Origin: Entomortierella parvispora E1425
Taxonomy: Eukaryota > Fungi > Mortierellomycota
NCBI GenBank assembly: GCA_020891255.1
Contig: BQFW01000002.1
Location: forward strand, 2,356,001-2,420,000
Reading direction: 5' to 3'
DNA: 64,000 nucleotides
A model generated the notes under the pieces. That model worked only from the letters and a program-made list of their open reading frames with translations. It did no database searches and was not told where the DNA came from. The translations under genes and the position numbers were made by a program. Below are positions 35,564 to 47,361 of the stretch, piece after piece (the stretch's first letter is position 1; each line of letters starts with the position of its first letter).

Positions 35564-38538
35564 TTACTTCTTGTTGTAATGCTTCTTGAACAAGGGGTGG
35601 TGCTCCTTCTTGTCCTTGTCCTTGAGATTGACCGACTTGTTGTACTCGATGTACGCCATCTGGTCGCCACCACTCAAACTCTTCAGACCACCTACTGTCC
35701 TCTTGACTCCATGTGATCCTCCCGCAAGACTGGTGCCCACATGGCTCAATACTGATCCGCCACCAGCTCCGCTCCGCCGCGTGGTGTTGCCAGTCAAGTC
35801 ATCCGCATCGTGTTCAACATCCTCGTTCAGATCGGCTTCACTCTCCTGAGCCAAGAGCACAGTCTGCAAGAGTGACATTTGCTCCGCAGGTGTAGAGTAC
35901 ACCAAGTCTTGTTCCTGATCCATGCCATCCAAGTTGGTAATGACCTTGAACGCGTAACCCTGATCAATCAAAAATTGCTGTCTCTTGGTCGAATAATACA
36001 TCTCTTGCGTGTCCTTGGAGACCAACGAGTAAAAGAACGCGTTGAATCCTTCGTCGTTTCTGCGCTTTGCTCGTAAAATACGTCCCAACCGTTGAGCTTC
36101 CTGACGGCGCGATCCATAATGGGAAGAGACCTGGATTAGACAGGTTGCCTCTGGGAGATCAATCGACGTATCTCCAACCTTGGACAAAAAGATGGTGTTG
36201 ATTTTGGGATTGTGCTGAAAGTTCTGCAAGATGCGCACACGTTCCTGCTGACTGGTCTCACCATAAATGAAGGGCTTTTCCAGTTTGCGAGCATAGGCCA
36301 CCAAGGCAAACACGTTATCCGAAAACACAATGATCTTGTCGCCTCTCTCTTCATGGTATCGGATCAAATACTGGCAGGCCTGGAACTTGTTTGGGTTCAT
36401 CACATACAGCAGAGTTCGCTTTCGCGAAGACTCGCGCAGATATTCTCGGTAAAAGGCTGGGGTCATTGGGCACCAAACCTCCGCGCACTGCACATTGGCG
36501 ATATGACCACGCGAAGCCAAATCCATCCAATTAGCCTCGTACAGTTTTGGTCCAATCAAAAAGTTGAGATCGTCAATCTTTTCATCCTCTCGAACCAAAG
36601 TGGCAGTCAACCCGAGCTTTGCGTGGGCAGCAATGGTCGTCAAGACCTTTCGGAACATGTTGGCGGGCACCACGTGCACCTCATCCAGCAGCAGGAAACC
36701 CCACTCTCGACTCTTCAAAAAGTTCATCATCTTTTGAGAGTCGTGCGATCTGTTTCGAGTGTTGGCCACCATACTGTAAGTAGAGATCACAATTCCTGCA
36801 GCTCCAAGGAACTTTTCCTTTTGATCCGAAGTGAACATGGCGATTTGATGGGGTTTGATGTTGGACCAGAGCAAGAACTGTTGCTTCCACTGCAAGACGG
36901 ACACTGATGACGTGCAAAGGACAAGAGTGCTCTTCTTCACAGTACAGGCTGCCGTAATACCCACAAGCGTCTTTCCTGCTCCACAAGGCAACACAATGAT
37001 TCCAGATCGAGCACGACCATTTCCAAACATTTTGCTCAACGACTTTTCCTGATACTATTTGAGAGGATGGGTATCTCACAGTCAGGACATTACGTTGATA
37101 GGTTAACTATGCATCATTCATCTTGTAAGAAAAACATACCGGTCGAATGACTGTAATTGGTTTCAAGTCAATCTCCAGATCTGGGTTAAGGGTATCGTTT
37201 CTGAAGTCATATTCTTCCAACATGGGATAGTCCAGCTCGTTACATCTCTTCTTGACAATCTATATTATCGGAAAATAAGTATGTTAGCCAGTGCCCAGAA
37301 ATACTAAGGAATAAAATTGGAGGAAAATAATTACCTCCACCGAAGATGAGCTAATCTCAAAGGCGTGCACATCATCATTCTCAACATCATCATCATCTCG
37401 ATCCAGTCCAACAACGGCGAAAATCTCATCTTCGCCAGTTGCCTGTGAGGCAGCGCCGGTAGCGGCAGACCCTCCGGCTGCTTTGTTGGGATCAGGAACT
37501 TCCTTTTTCACACCTGGGATGACAACGTCCTTGGCGTTTGGTGCTTTCCCTGTAATTAGTCCTGCATTGTTTGGCTCATCATCACCAATCAGTCGGGATT
37601 CCTTAATGACGGGGTCCCGGAGCAAAGTCTGCAGCATCTCCGGATGTGAGGATTCGACAAAGTATCGGTTGTGCTTCAAGACAAGCTTAACTTTTCCGTA
37701 AGACAGAGTACAGTCTCTGATCAATCCCAAGATACTCTCGGGAACTGGTACCTTGGACAGACGGCTTAGCACCTCGATAATATCTTCTGTCTCCAATCCC
37801 ACAGACACAGCAGCGTATAACGAGTATGGAGTCAACTTGTACTCGTGAATATGCGAAGGTCTAATAACACCAGAGAGATCAACTGTTAGCCGATTGGATC
37901 TCAGAGACACAGCATCTGAAAGAAACCAGAATGGGTTATTTACCTGCTCACTGGCTCAGCAATGGTAATCAAGAAATCAATGGCCTTTTCTGCAATAGGC
38001 GAGAATCCTTCCAGGATAATATGACCGTCCTCTGTAATCCACAATGGACGCGATCCATGATCCGTCTTGAGGGGCAACCATGTGTAGTCGTGATCGCCGA
38101 AAATGTATGACACGCTGTCGCGTTGAAAGTTGTGTGACTGATTGACGGCATCCATGGTCGCATGCTTGGGGACTACAGAAAACAAAAGAGTACATGTCAA
38201 TAAAAAAACACTCTTATATGTGAGCGAACACAGGATCTGCTTCAACAAGTCATTACCGACAAGTTTATCGGAAAAGTCCTCCTCGATATCCTGGTCCTCT
38301 TCTGCATCAATGTCATGAATTGGTCCGTCATTCTTCCGACGTCTGCTTTGACTTTCAGCGGGTGAGTCTATGAACACAATTCGCAGCAAAAGGTATCAAT
38401 AACAAATTGCATTCACTGGCCTTCTCAGCACGCATGTTCCCAAGAATAAGAATAAGATGAAACATGGCGTCATGCATGCATGCATGCATGCATGGCAAAT
38501 GGTGGCAAATTACCGTCCAAGCCTCGTTTGACACCCAT
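35564..38538 (-). CDS. SSL2: TFIIH helicase XPB (RAD25/ERCC3), multi-exon
   Basis: [37 protein letters not shown] Walker [15 protein letters not shown]. Confidence 0.97.
38471..38494. repeat. (CATG)6 perfect palindromic microsatellite in XPB intron 1
   Basis: catgcatgcatgcatgcatgcatg seen directly. Confidence 0.9.
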
Positions 38539-38876
38539 GTTGATCACTTGGGAGGATAGAAAAGAAGGACGAAAAGAGACGGGGGCGATAGGAGAGTAGC
38601 AAAGAAACAAAGAAGAAAGCTGCAGGGTTTTCGTCTAGAATAGGGCAGTCAGATAAGTTCTCCTCTAGGTATGTCCGTCTCTTGCAGAGTCGAGAATGAG
38701 CAATGCGTGTCTGAGCTGTGGGACAAGGGAATGCTGAGAGGGAAGTTTGGAGGAAATTTTACGAGGGGATCGAACCTGTTTAAATAGATTTTGAAGGATC
38801 GTGACTGTCTTTCGAGTAAACGACTTCGCATTTCAATGTGGAAAAGAGCATGCTTTACTGAGGGATATTATTGCGC

Positions 38877-41374
38877 TCACTCTGTAGGCGTCATCTCGAT
38901 CCCAGAGCTCTTCCTCCGCCGACTAGACGTCGACGAACCTGGACCACTGGCAGCAGACGATGAAGAAGCCAACGTCGCGCCTCCTTCCGCTGTCTTTGTG
39001 GTAGGGGTGGTCGTCGTCGAAGAGTTGCCTGATCCTGGTCCACCTCCTACACCGGGAGGTACAGGACCAGGCGCAAATGACTGCGAGCTCTTGAAGTTCT
39101 TGATGATAAACTCGACTTCGCTCATCATCGCCTGTGCCATCTGATAGACCTCTGTATCCTCGCCATTATACATCAAGGCGTTCATAAACATGAGGAGAAC
39201 ATCCCGATGAAACTCGTCTGCATTTCCAATGAGCTACAATAGGCAAAATGGGCGTGGATTAGTAAGAAATCAGGAATTTCCGAGAGAGGTAATCCTGGAC
39301 AGTGTGGTTCTTACCCCGTCACGAATTCTCTCCTTGATGCTCTTTAGATCCATGGGGCGCTTGATCATATGGTAGTAACCAGGTGCGTCGTGTTCCTTGA
39401 TCGGCTGCATGAAGACTGCCCCAAACCGATGGTTGGCAATATCGGTCCAGATCATCATTAGGATCTTCTTCCATTTTTTGTCGTCCATTTGGACCATCTG
39501 CACCCGAGTGAGCTGATCCGACATGTTGGTGGTGGCGCTGTCGAGCGCTTCGCTATCCGAGCTGTTATACCCCTCCTCTGCATCTCCCCGGTGACCTCCT
39601 CGGCGCTTCCGCTTAAGTGGGACATTCGTGGTGATCTTTTGAGGCTTCCGTCCTGCACGCTTCTTCAACTTGCTTTCGCCCTCTTCATCCTCCTCGCCTT
39701 CGTCGTCCTCTATATTTTCATCATCCTCTTCCTCTTCCACTGCACTGCTGATCTCGCCCTCATCTTCGCTCTCTTGTTTGGCAACGGCCTTAGCTGCTTC
39801 CACGTCCTTGCTGGCTTCCTCGTTTTCAAGCTCTTCCTGTTTTGGAATATTGGAATTTTCTTCAAATGCCTCCTCAAGCTCGTTCTCCAAGTTGTCTTCC
39901 TTTGACTGGGCTCGTTCCCGCAATGCTGATTGAACGATCTGCTCTTCTTCCTCTTCTGTCTTGGTTTGAATATCGTCCATTGACTCGTCAGCTGCCGTCT
40001 TTTCTGATTTGCTTTCTGAGGCGAGGGCGTTGTTTTGAGTGTCATCTTCCTCGTCCATTGCATCAGGGGGTGACAGGTCGGATTCAGATTCGGTAGATTT
40101 TGTAGTTGATGCAGCAACGTCGCCCTTACTGGCTGATACCTCATTGGACTTTGACGCCGAGCTTTCGTCTGCTTCCTTATTATCTGCGGGAGTAACATCC
40201 TGAGCGTCGGATGATGCAGTCGTCGTCACATCATCCATCTCGACGTCTCCTGCTTCGGGTGCAGTAGAAGACATTGCTGGTGTATTGGATACAGACGTCA
40301 ACTCTGCAGCATCGGCCATCTCCACATCCTCGGGTTCTGTAGCGGCTTTGGATTCCAAAGTTTCAGGGGCAACAATAGCGGGTGTCGAGTCCGTAGTGGC
40401 CTCATCCACTGAAATATCTCTAGAGCGCTCAGTATCCTCCTGTTTGTCTGTAGCGACTGCTGGCGTGGTCGTCTCGCTCACTTCATCAGGGTTTGGGTTG
40501 GATTCAACGGTTGGCTGCGCAGAGCTGACTGAGGATAAGGTGGAGGTTGTTGGCACGGAAGAAAGTTCATCTCCTGTTGCTCCAGAAGGAGTCTCTGCAT
40601 CGGCTGCTGGTGGATTCTTTTTCAACTCCTGTTCCAGCTGACTGTCCCATTTGCCCTGACGGATTTCATCAAGCTCTGCTACCAGCTCTCTGAATCTCTC
40701 TTCATCCTGGCGAATAAGTCCCTTAATTTCCAGTATCCGTTGATGGTAAAGTTGACCTGCAAGTTTTACTACTGACGGGATTTCTAAAGAACGAGAGAGA
40801 ATAGGCGTTTCTTTGTCAGCAAGCAGTTTTCAAAATGATCAGCTGTCAGATAGAGGAAGGGAGGGCTTGTACAAACCTTGCGTGGCAGAAGTTCCTGCTT
40901 CGTTGCCGCGTTGTTGTTTTGACCTACGGCTGTGGAGCAATGGGGAGAGAAACTGTGAGAATTAAATCATTCTACATTGCCAAAACATTCTGCAGACTCA
41001 AAGCGAAATGACTGTTGAGAGGACTTACTTCTCGGCCTCGAGGTTCTCCAAAAGCTGGGTATATTGAATTGCACAGCTCTAAATGACCCATGGGAAGAGT
41101 AAACGAGAGACATGTGAGCACATAGATACACGAATAAATAAAAATGCTAATAAAAAAAAAAAAAAGAAAAAAGAAAAGTAGATTGCATGCATACCTTTTG
41201 AGAGAAAAAGCTGCTAGTCCGATGAATTTGAGGATGTGCTTTGATGGTGCGAGCGATGGCGACCCAATTTGTGTCACCGCATTTATAGATGGCTTGAGCA
41301 AGCACCAGGTTCTCGAGGATGGACCAGGGCTCAGAATCGCTCTTGATTTCGGTTGATGAAAGATCGGTGGCCAT
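38877..41374 (-). CDS. BRD8-like bromodomain protein: N-terminal SANT/Myb-like region, acidic linker, C-terminal bromodomain. A short extra 3' exon near 38667-38682 is possible.
   Basis: WSILENLVLAQAI...WVAIAR N-terminus; FMQPIKEHDAPGYYHMIKRPMDL and FMNALMYN bromodomain motifs. Confidence 0.82.
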
Positions 41375-41843
41375 GACAGGTGGAATTGATGAATGGAGAA
41401 ATGCAGACCCGTCGGGCTGATACGTGGCAGGATGTGGCAATGTGGCGCTGCAAAGGGGAGGGGGGACAAGCAGATGAACAGTGGAGGGAGAGAGCAAACG
41501 AAAGAGGAAAGGCCGACGAACACGCGAACAAGAAAGTATGATGTGGATTGGAGATGGATGCTCTACCGTGGGCCGTGGGCCGTTTCGTTGCGTTTTGGGT
41601 GGGGCCTTTGTTCTGTCGTCTGTCTGTCTTTCTTGTCTGGCAGAGAGAACTGTGTTTACAGCGGCTATCGCGCCGCGACGAGTGACTGCATTTTCGTTGA
41701 GATTGTCTGAGTCACGTGCCAATAATGCTCGCATCGCTCGCTCGGCGCTCCTTGCATGCATGCATTCATTCACACGAGCACGCCCCATCTGGTCGCTTTC
41801 CTTTGTCTCCTTCTCTTTCTCAGCTGGGCGCCCCCATCTCTTC

Positions 41844-44440
41844 ATGAACTCGAACGCGAACCCACTCAGTGCAAAGCTGACAAAGCTTCTGTCATCATCT
41901 CTGGATGACCCCAAGCTCAGGACTTCACTCACGGCCCTTTCCGACTTTTACACCGTCAATGCCGTCAACTCACGACATAACCTAAGGGGCGACATTGAGC
42001 GACGCGGTACCGAAGTCAACTATGAGTTTCTTAGAGAGCTTGAGAAAGTCAACTTGGTAAAAAAAACCCCGTTTCTTTATTGAATGCGTCTGCATTTCTA
42101 TGGACAGCTCCAGCCTATACTTTCCAGACTGACCTCGTGTTCTTTTTATTCCCACTGTCCTCATCAGCAATTTTTAGAGCTGGAGGAGGAGATGAGTTCA
42201 ATGAACTCTCTCTGTCAAGAGATGCAGGACAGGCTGAATTTCGCCAATGACAAGACGATAACTCTTTTGGAGCAGACGGACGCGCTAAGAGAACAAAGGC
42301 ACGTTTCCATTTCGATCAAAAAACATGTCCACCTCATTTGGATTACTCTCTGTGCTTCTTCCCTGGAGAAAGCAGTGTCTAATATCATTGTCCCTCCTCT
42401 TGTTTATAGTAATCTGTGTGCGGTTCGTCAGACTATCTTGGAGGCATTCCTGGATCGATTTACGCTTTCAGAGTCCGAGATCACCATTCTTTGCTCGACA
42501 GCCATGGACGTGACGCCTGCCTTCTTTGACGCTCTCGAACATCTGGAAAAGATTCACGCCGACTGTAATGCGCTGCTGATCACAGAGCATCAGCGTGCTG
42601 GGTAAGTCGACTTTGTGGAAGGACCTTCTTTTTTAACCGCAGTGCAGCATGGCAAGTTCTTTGCAGACTCCTCCGTCAATAGGACTAATGGTTGATTTTT
42701 ATTTTATTCTTAGTCTTGAGATCATGGACTCTATGCGGACCTATCGTAGCATTTCGTACGACAAACTTCACAGATGGATGCAGACAGAGTGCAGGACAAT
42801 GAGTCGACCCGACGGAATGATGGAGGTTCGAGAAGTGACCAAGAAAGCTATTCAGGCTTTGAAGCAAGATGATCAATTCTTCCGGTAAGTGCAGGATCCA
42901 AGATTTCTGCCCCTTCTAAGAATTTAGACTCATAGGATTCTGATCATGCCGGTTTTTCCTCCTTTTGTCTTGGAATCATCTAGAGCTATTCTGGAAGAGC
43001 TCGTCCATGTGCGCAGGAACGCCATCTTTCGAGCTTTCAATGAGGCTTTGACACAAGGAGGACCTGGAGGAACGCCGCGGCCCATCGAAATCCATGCTCA
43101 CGACCCTTTGAGATATATTGGTGACATGTTGGCATGGCTTCATCAGACAGTGGCCAGCGAACGCGAATTTTTGGAGAGCTTATTGAACAGCAGCGAAAGA
43201 AGGAGTAGAGACCGTGGTCAGGCCGAGATCAAACTGCCCAAGGCCAGTCCATTGCGACTGGTGGAGAGTGAACAGTCGGACGCTGATATTATCAATGCAC
43301 TCCTGGATAAAAACTTGGAGGGCACGTCAAGACCACTTAGGGTAAGAAAAACGATAGACTCCACGCCGTGTCATTAATTGAAATGGGTAGCAGGACTAAA
43401 AGACCAAGTCATTGACTCATTACGACCTATAGTCTCGCGTGGAGCAGGTTTTGGTATCGCAGGCCAATGCCATCACTGCCTTCAAGATCTCCAACCTCAT
43501 CAAGTTTTATTCATCCACCATTGAGCGGGCGATTGGACCGGAGGCAGCCTTGTCCAAAACGCTCCATGAGCTTTCGGAAGCCTCTATGCAAGTATTCTTT
43601 GATGCTGTCGGTAAACAGTCGGCGGATCTTCTCCGACGACCCGAGTCACCGGGACCCGACCTCGGCCCTCCTCCCGCCATGAAGGAGACTGTCTCACAAC
43701 TGAAAGAGATCATGAAGTCCTTTGATACCTCGTTTGTTCAAGTCGACGAGGGCAACCAGGACTTTGCCCCCATTTTGAGCGCGGTGATTGACCCCGTCTT
43801 TCAAATGTGCGAGATCGGAGCTACGCAGCGGAACGCCTTTGATAGGGCTATTTATATGATGAATTGTCTGCATTATGTGCAGGTAAGTTTTTACATGGCC
43901 TTGGTACTGAGAGCAATTGGTAAAAAAAATTGGTCTTGTTTTGATCAAGACACCAAAAAAATTGACCTGTCCCTCTGTCGTTATCACTTTTAGTCTGCCC
44001 TTGTATACCCATTCACAAAGCACAAGGTAGAAGTTCTTGAGAAGCAAGTCCAGGAGTATGTGGACACAGTCGTGGACGAGCTGCACATTGTGTTATTGAA
44101 ACAATCGGGTATCTCGACCTTGATCCACGCCATGGAGACCAAGGAGGAACAAACACCACTCTCCAAGGTCCCTCAAATGGACGCGGCGGCTGTTTCCAGC
44201 GTACTCACGCGTCTGGATCGATTCTTGGGCACGGTGGATCTGGACCTGGCCTCTTGGCTCTCCAAGATTGTATCGTCCCGTCTGGCCAAGGAGATCAGTC
44301 GACAGAACGTCAAAATGTTTGTGGATGCCTACCGAAGACTCTGCGTAGCCATCGAGGACCCCAAAAACCAATACGAGAATCCGTCCAGTATCTTGGTCCG
44401 TTCTGCGGACGACGTACAGATGGTGCTGGTGGTGGATTAA
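41844..44440 (+). CDS. COG6: Conserved oligomeric Golgi complex subunit 6, multi-exon
   Basis: [54 protein letters not shown]. Confidence 0.93.
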
Positions 44441-45232
44441 GCATAGACCCTTTTTTTCTTTTTTTTCTTTTTTTTCTTTTTTGTTCAGGTGGAAGCAAAT
44501 CCAAGACAAGAATAATAAAAAAAAATAGCTTTCACCCTCTCAACTTTGACATTCCCTGCAAACAAAGAGTTGCCTTTCCAAATATTAAACCAGTTTCTCA
44601 TTGACCGAATTTTGGTTGAGACTCGACGCGTCAAAAAATGAATACGACGCGCTCCATTTCAGCCGTGTTCCTAGAGAATGAATAATCGACCTTCTCATCA
44701 AAGTGCTATCATCTGGCATTATCGTCGTATGCGTTTTTTTTAGTGGGGTATAAAAGAAATAAGGGTGATCGTGTGGGTAGAAAGAGGTACGGAGACTATG
44801 GACTCTGGGAATGAGGGTAATTTTGTTCTTTTTCGTCTCTGTCTTTTTTTTTTTTTTTTTTTTTTTTTTGGGTTTTTTTCTTTTCCCGTCGGTCTCCACC
44901 CTGAAGACGCCAAGTCCACTCTTCCCCCAAAGACATTACAAAAAGAAAGAATATATATAGAGATGGGGAGTTGGTGAGCGAACTAGTGAGAGAGTGTGTG
45001 AGAGAGAGGCGGGAGTGAGAAAGGTGAAGTGATTGAGTCGGGAGAGGGAGGTCGTTCTTCCTGTTGTAATTGAGGTCTATTGGCCAGCCTGTCGCTCAGT
45101 CCCGATCGATTCGGTCATCAAGGGGGGCAAGCATGGACAAGAACAAGAAGGTGAAAAAAAAGTAAAAAGAAAAATAATAACAAAAAACGTTCCTGGTCCA
45201 GCTGCTGTCGTTTGTTCAGAAGATTATCCCGT

Positions 45233-46464
45233 CTAGACAAGAACCAGCTCTAGGGTCCACGTTCTTCTCGCCCACAGTCGAATAGGCAACTTGTTCTCTC
45301 CCTCATCAAGCTCGACCTCGACACCATCCCACCAGCATTTCCTCTATTGTCAAAAAAAAAGGGAAACGATAAGAAAGATTAGTTCTCAGCTACATACCCC
45401 AGGTACAGACCAATTCTCTCACTCCCACAACCACCATCACCACCAGATAATTGAAAGAATGGACACAAAGACAAAAGCGGAGGCTCTCAATGCGGCAAAG
45501 AGAACCAAGCAGACAAGGAGGAAGCAGAACAAGAGGAGCCACACATAACGCAAAAAAGAATGGCCAGCACAGACAGAGCAAGTTATCAGGCAATTGAACT
45601 CGCAACACTTACAGCCGGTTTTCTCCAGAAGAGCAACAACTTTTGGGCAGTTGCCATTTGGTTGCCACTGCCCGTGGTCTTGAGCATCACCAGGGCAATG
45701 CTGACAATCGACGTCTTCTTGGGTTCGATATCGCGGTATCCCCATTCATCGTCCCTCGAGAAGCCAGAGACACAGAGCATGTCAATGAGATGCTGTTCCG
45801 CGACATTGTTCTCCTTGTTGATGTTTCGCTGAAGCGCTGTAAAGATCTTGCGTTGTTCCAGGAGGTGGGTCCCGCACAGTGTCTTGACATTGACCTTGGA
45901 CTTGTCCGCCAGTACCGGTCCTGTGGCGGGCACGTCCTCCTTGGCGGGGAACCCGGCCTTTGGAGGGGTGATGGCAAAGTAGTCGAGCTCTTCCCGCAGA
46001 ACAATGATGGCCTGTTTGTTCAACAAGGGGTTCTGGGACGAGAGTTGGGCCTGCTGCTGTTGCTGTAATTGCGAGGTCGGGTTGGCGAGTCGCTGTTGCT
46101 CTCCAGCCTCCTGAGCCTCGTGGTAAAAGTCGAGGACATAGTCCATGCAGGCAGGGTCAAAGTCGACAAAGATGATCTGGTCGTCCATGGACATGGACTC
46201 GTCCGAGTTGTTGTCGTCGTCGTCATAACTGTCCGAGTGGCCACGGCCGAGGATGAGACCGTTGGGGAACATGACGATGAGGATACTCTCTGGCAGCGAG
46301 ACCAAAACCTCACGGTCAATCTCAAAGCGGGTACCACGCAGGTCCAGCAAGAGCTTGGACGGGAAGCCGCCCTGGCCGGGAGAAGGAGGCGCGGACGAGT
46401 ATTGAGAAACCTGGGTGATGGGCGACTCTGAAACCTGGGTGATGGGCGAGTTGGACATTGCCAT
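45233..46464 (-). CDS. WHI2: WHI2-like BTB/POZ protein, multi-exon
   Basis: LDLRGTRFEIDREVLVSLPESILIVMFPNG, VDFDPAC, IIVLREELDYF, HLIDMLCVSGF, QKLLLFWRKPA, RRTWTLEL end. Confidence 0.85.
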
Positions 46465-46871
46465 CTTGACGTCTTTGGGTGGGGGAGGAAAGGGAAGAGG
46501 AGGAGAGAGGAGGGAACAGAAGAGGTAGGCGGAATGAAGAAAAGAGCGAGGAAGGATGGGGGGAAGGGAGGGGAAGGGAAGGAGAGAGTGGGGGATGACG
46601 GTGTTCAAGAGCTAGAGCAAGCAGTCGAAATGAAGAAGATGAAGGATGGGAGGGAGTGGATGGGGACGAGGATGATGAGGATGCTCGATGCGGAGAATGG
46701 ATGGATGGAAGGATGGACAGACGGAGGGAAGGAGAGGAGAGGAGAGGAGAGAAGGCAGGCAAAGAGAGAGCAGAAGAGAAGAGAGAAAAAGAGAGAAAGA
46801 GAAAAAAAGGAAAGCCATGTCAATGTCCATGCCAATGCAATGAGACCGTCCAAAAGGGACCGACGACCCTG

Positions 46872-46893
46872 GAGAGAGAGAGAGAGAGAGAGA
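46872..46893 (+). repeat. (GA)n microsatellite in the purine/pyrimidine-rich region upstream of the WHI2-like gene
   Basis: About 10 GA units seen directly. Confidence 0.8.
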
Positions 46894-47361
46894 AACTCAC
46901 GGGAGAGAGGACAGCCAGAGGGCAAGGGTGGTTGCACGCACCCCACATTGCATTGTTGCAATGAATGATACACGACAAGGAACAAGGATGGCGTGCGTTG
47001 TCTGTCTCTCTCTTTCTTTCTTTCTTTCTTTGTCCTGTCTTTGTCTTTGCTCTCTCTGTATTCATGTATTCATGTATTCATTCATTCACTTGGCTATCCC
47101 CCTTTCATTCAGTCCGTCGGTTGGTTGCGTCGCCCCTGAACAATGTCCACAGGGATGACTAGACCAGGGGCAAGGGCGTGGCAGGCGTGGTCAAGAAGAC
47201 CAGCCGGGCGATCATTGGGTGTCGCGCTTGGGCATCTGAAGGACAGCGTCTGTTCTCTTCTTTACTTCTTCAAAAAGTATATTTCTCCACGGTTCTGGAG
47301 GACCAGGACCGTCTCTTTCGTCCTGTCAAGGCATGTCTATCTAGCCTGTCTATCCTGTCTA

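Larger units (their letters stand above)
31874..35822 (+). repeat. Tandem segmental duplication, unit 2 (~3.95 kb)
   Basis: Collinear with 28070-31873 and ends inside the functional XPB last exon. Confidence 0.93.

Noticed and set aside
28070-35822. CRISPR array or transposon as an explanation of the repeats
   Set aside because: No regularly spaced identical repeats, terminal inverted repeats, LTRs or transposase/RT motifs were seen.
36212-36907. 231-aa + strand ORF
   Set aside because: Antisense shadow of the XPB helicase exon.
41147-41932. 261-aa - strand ORF as a whole
   Set aside because: Only 41374-41194 is the bromodomain gene's first exon. The upstream part has a non-ATG start and overlaps the COG6 start and shared promoter.
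46322-47162. Several overlapping 70-146 aa ORFs
   Set aside because: Translations of GA/CT-rich low-complexity DNA upstream of the WHI2-like gene.
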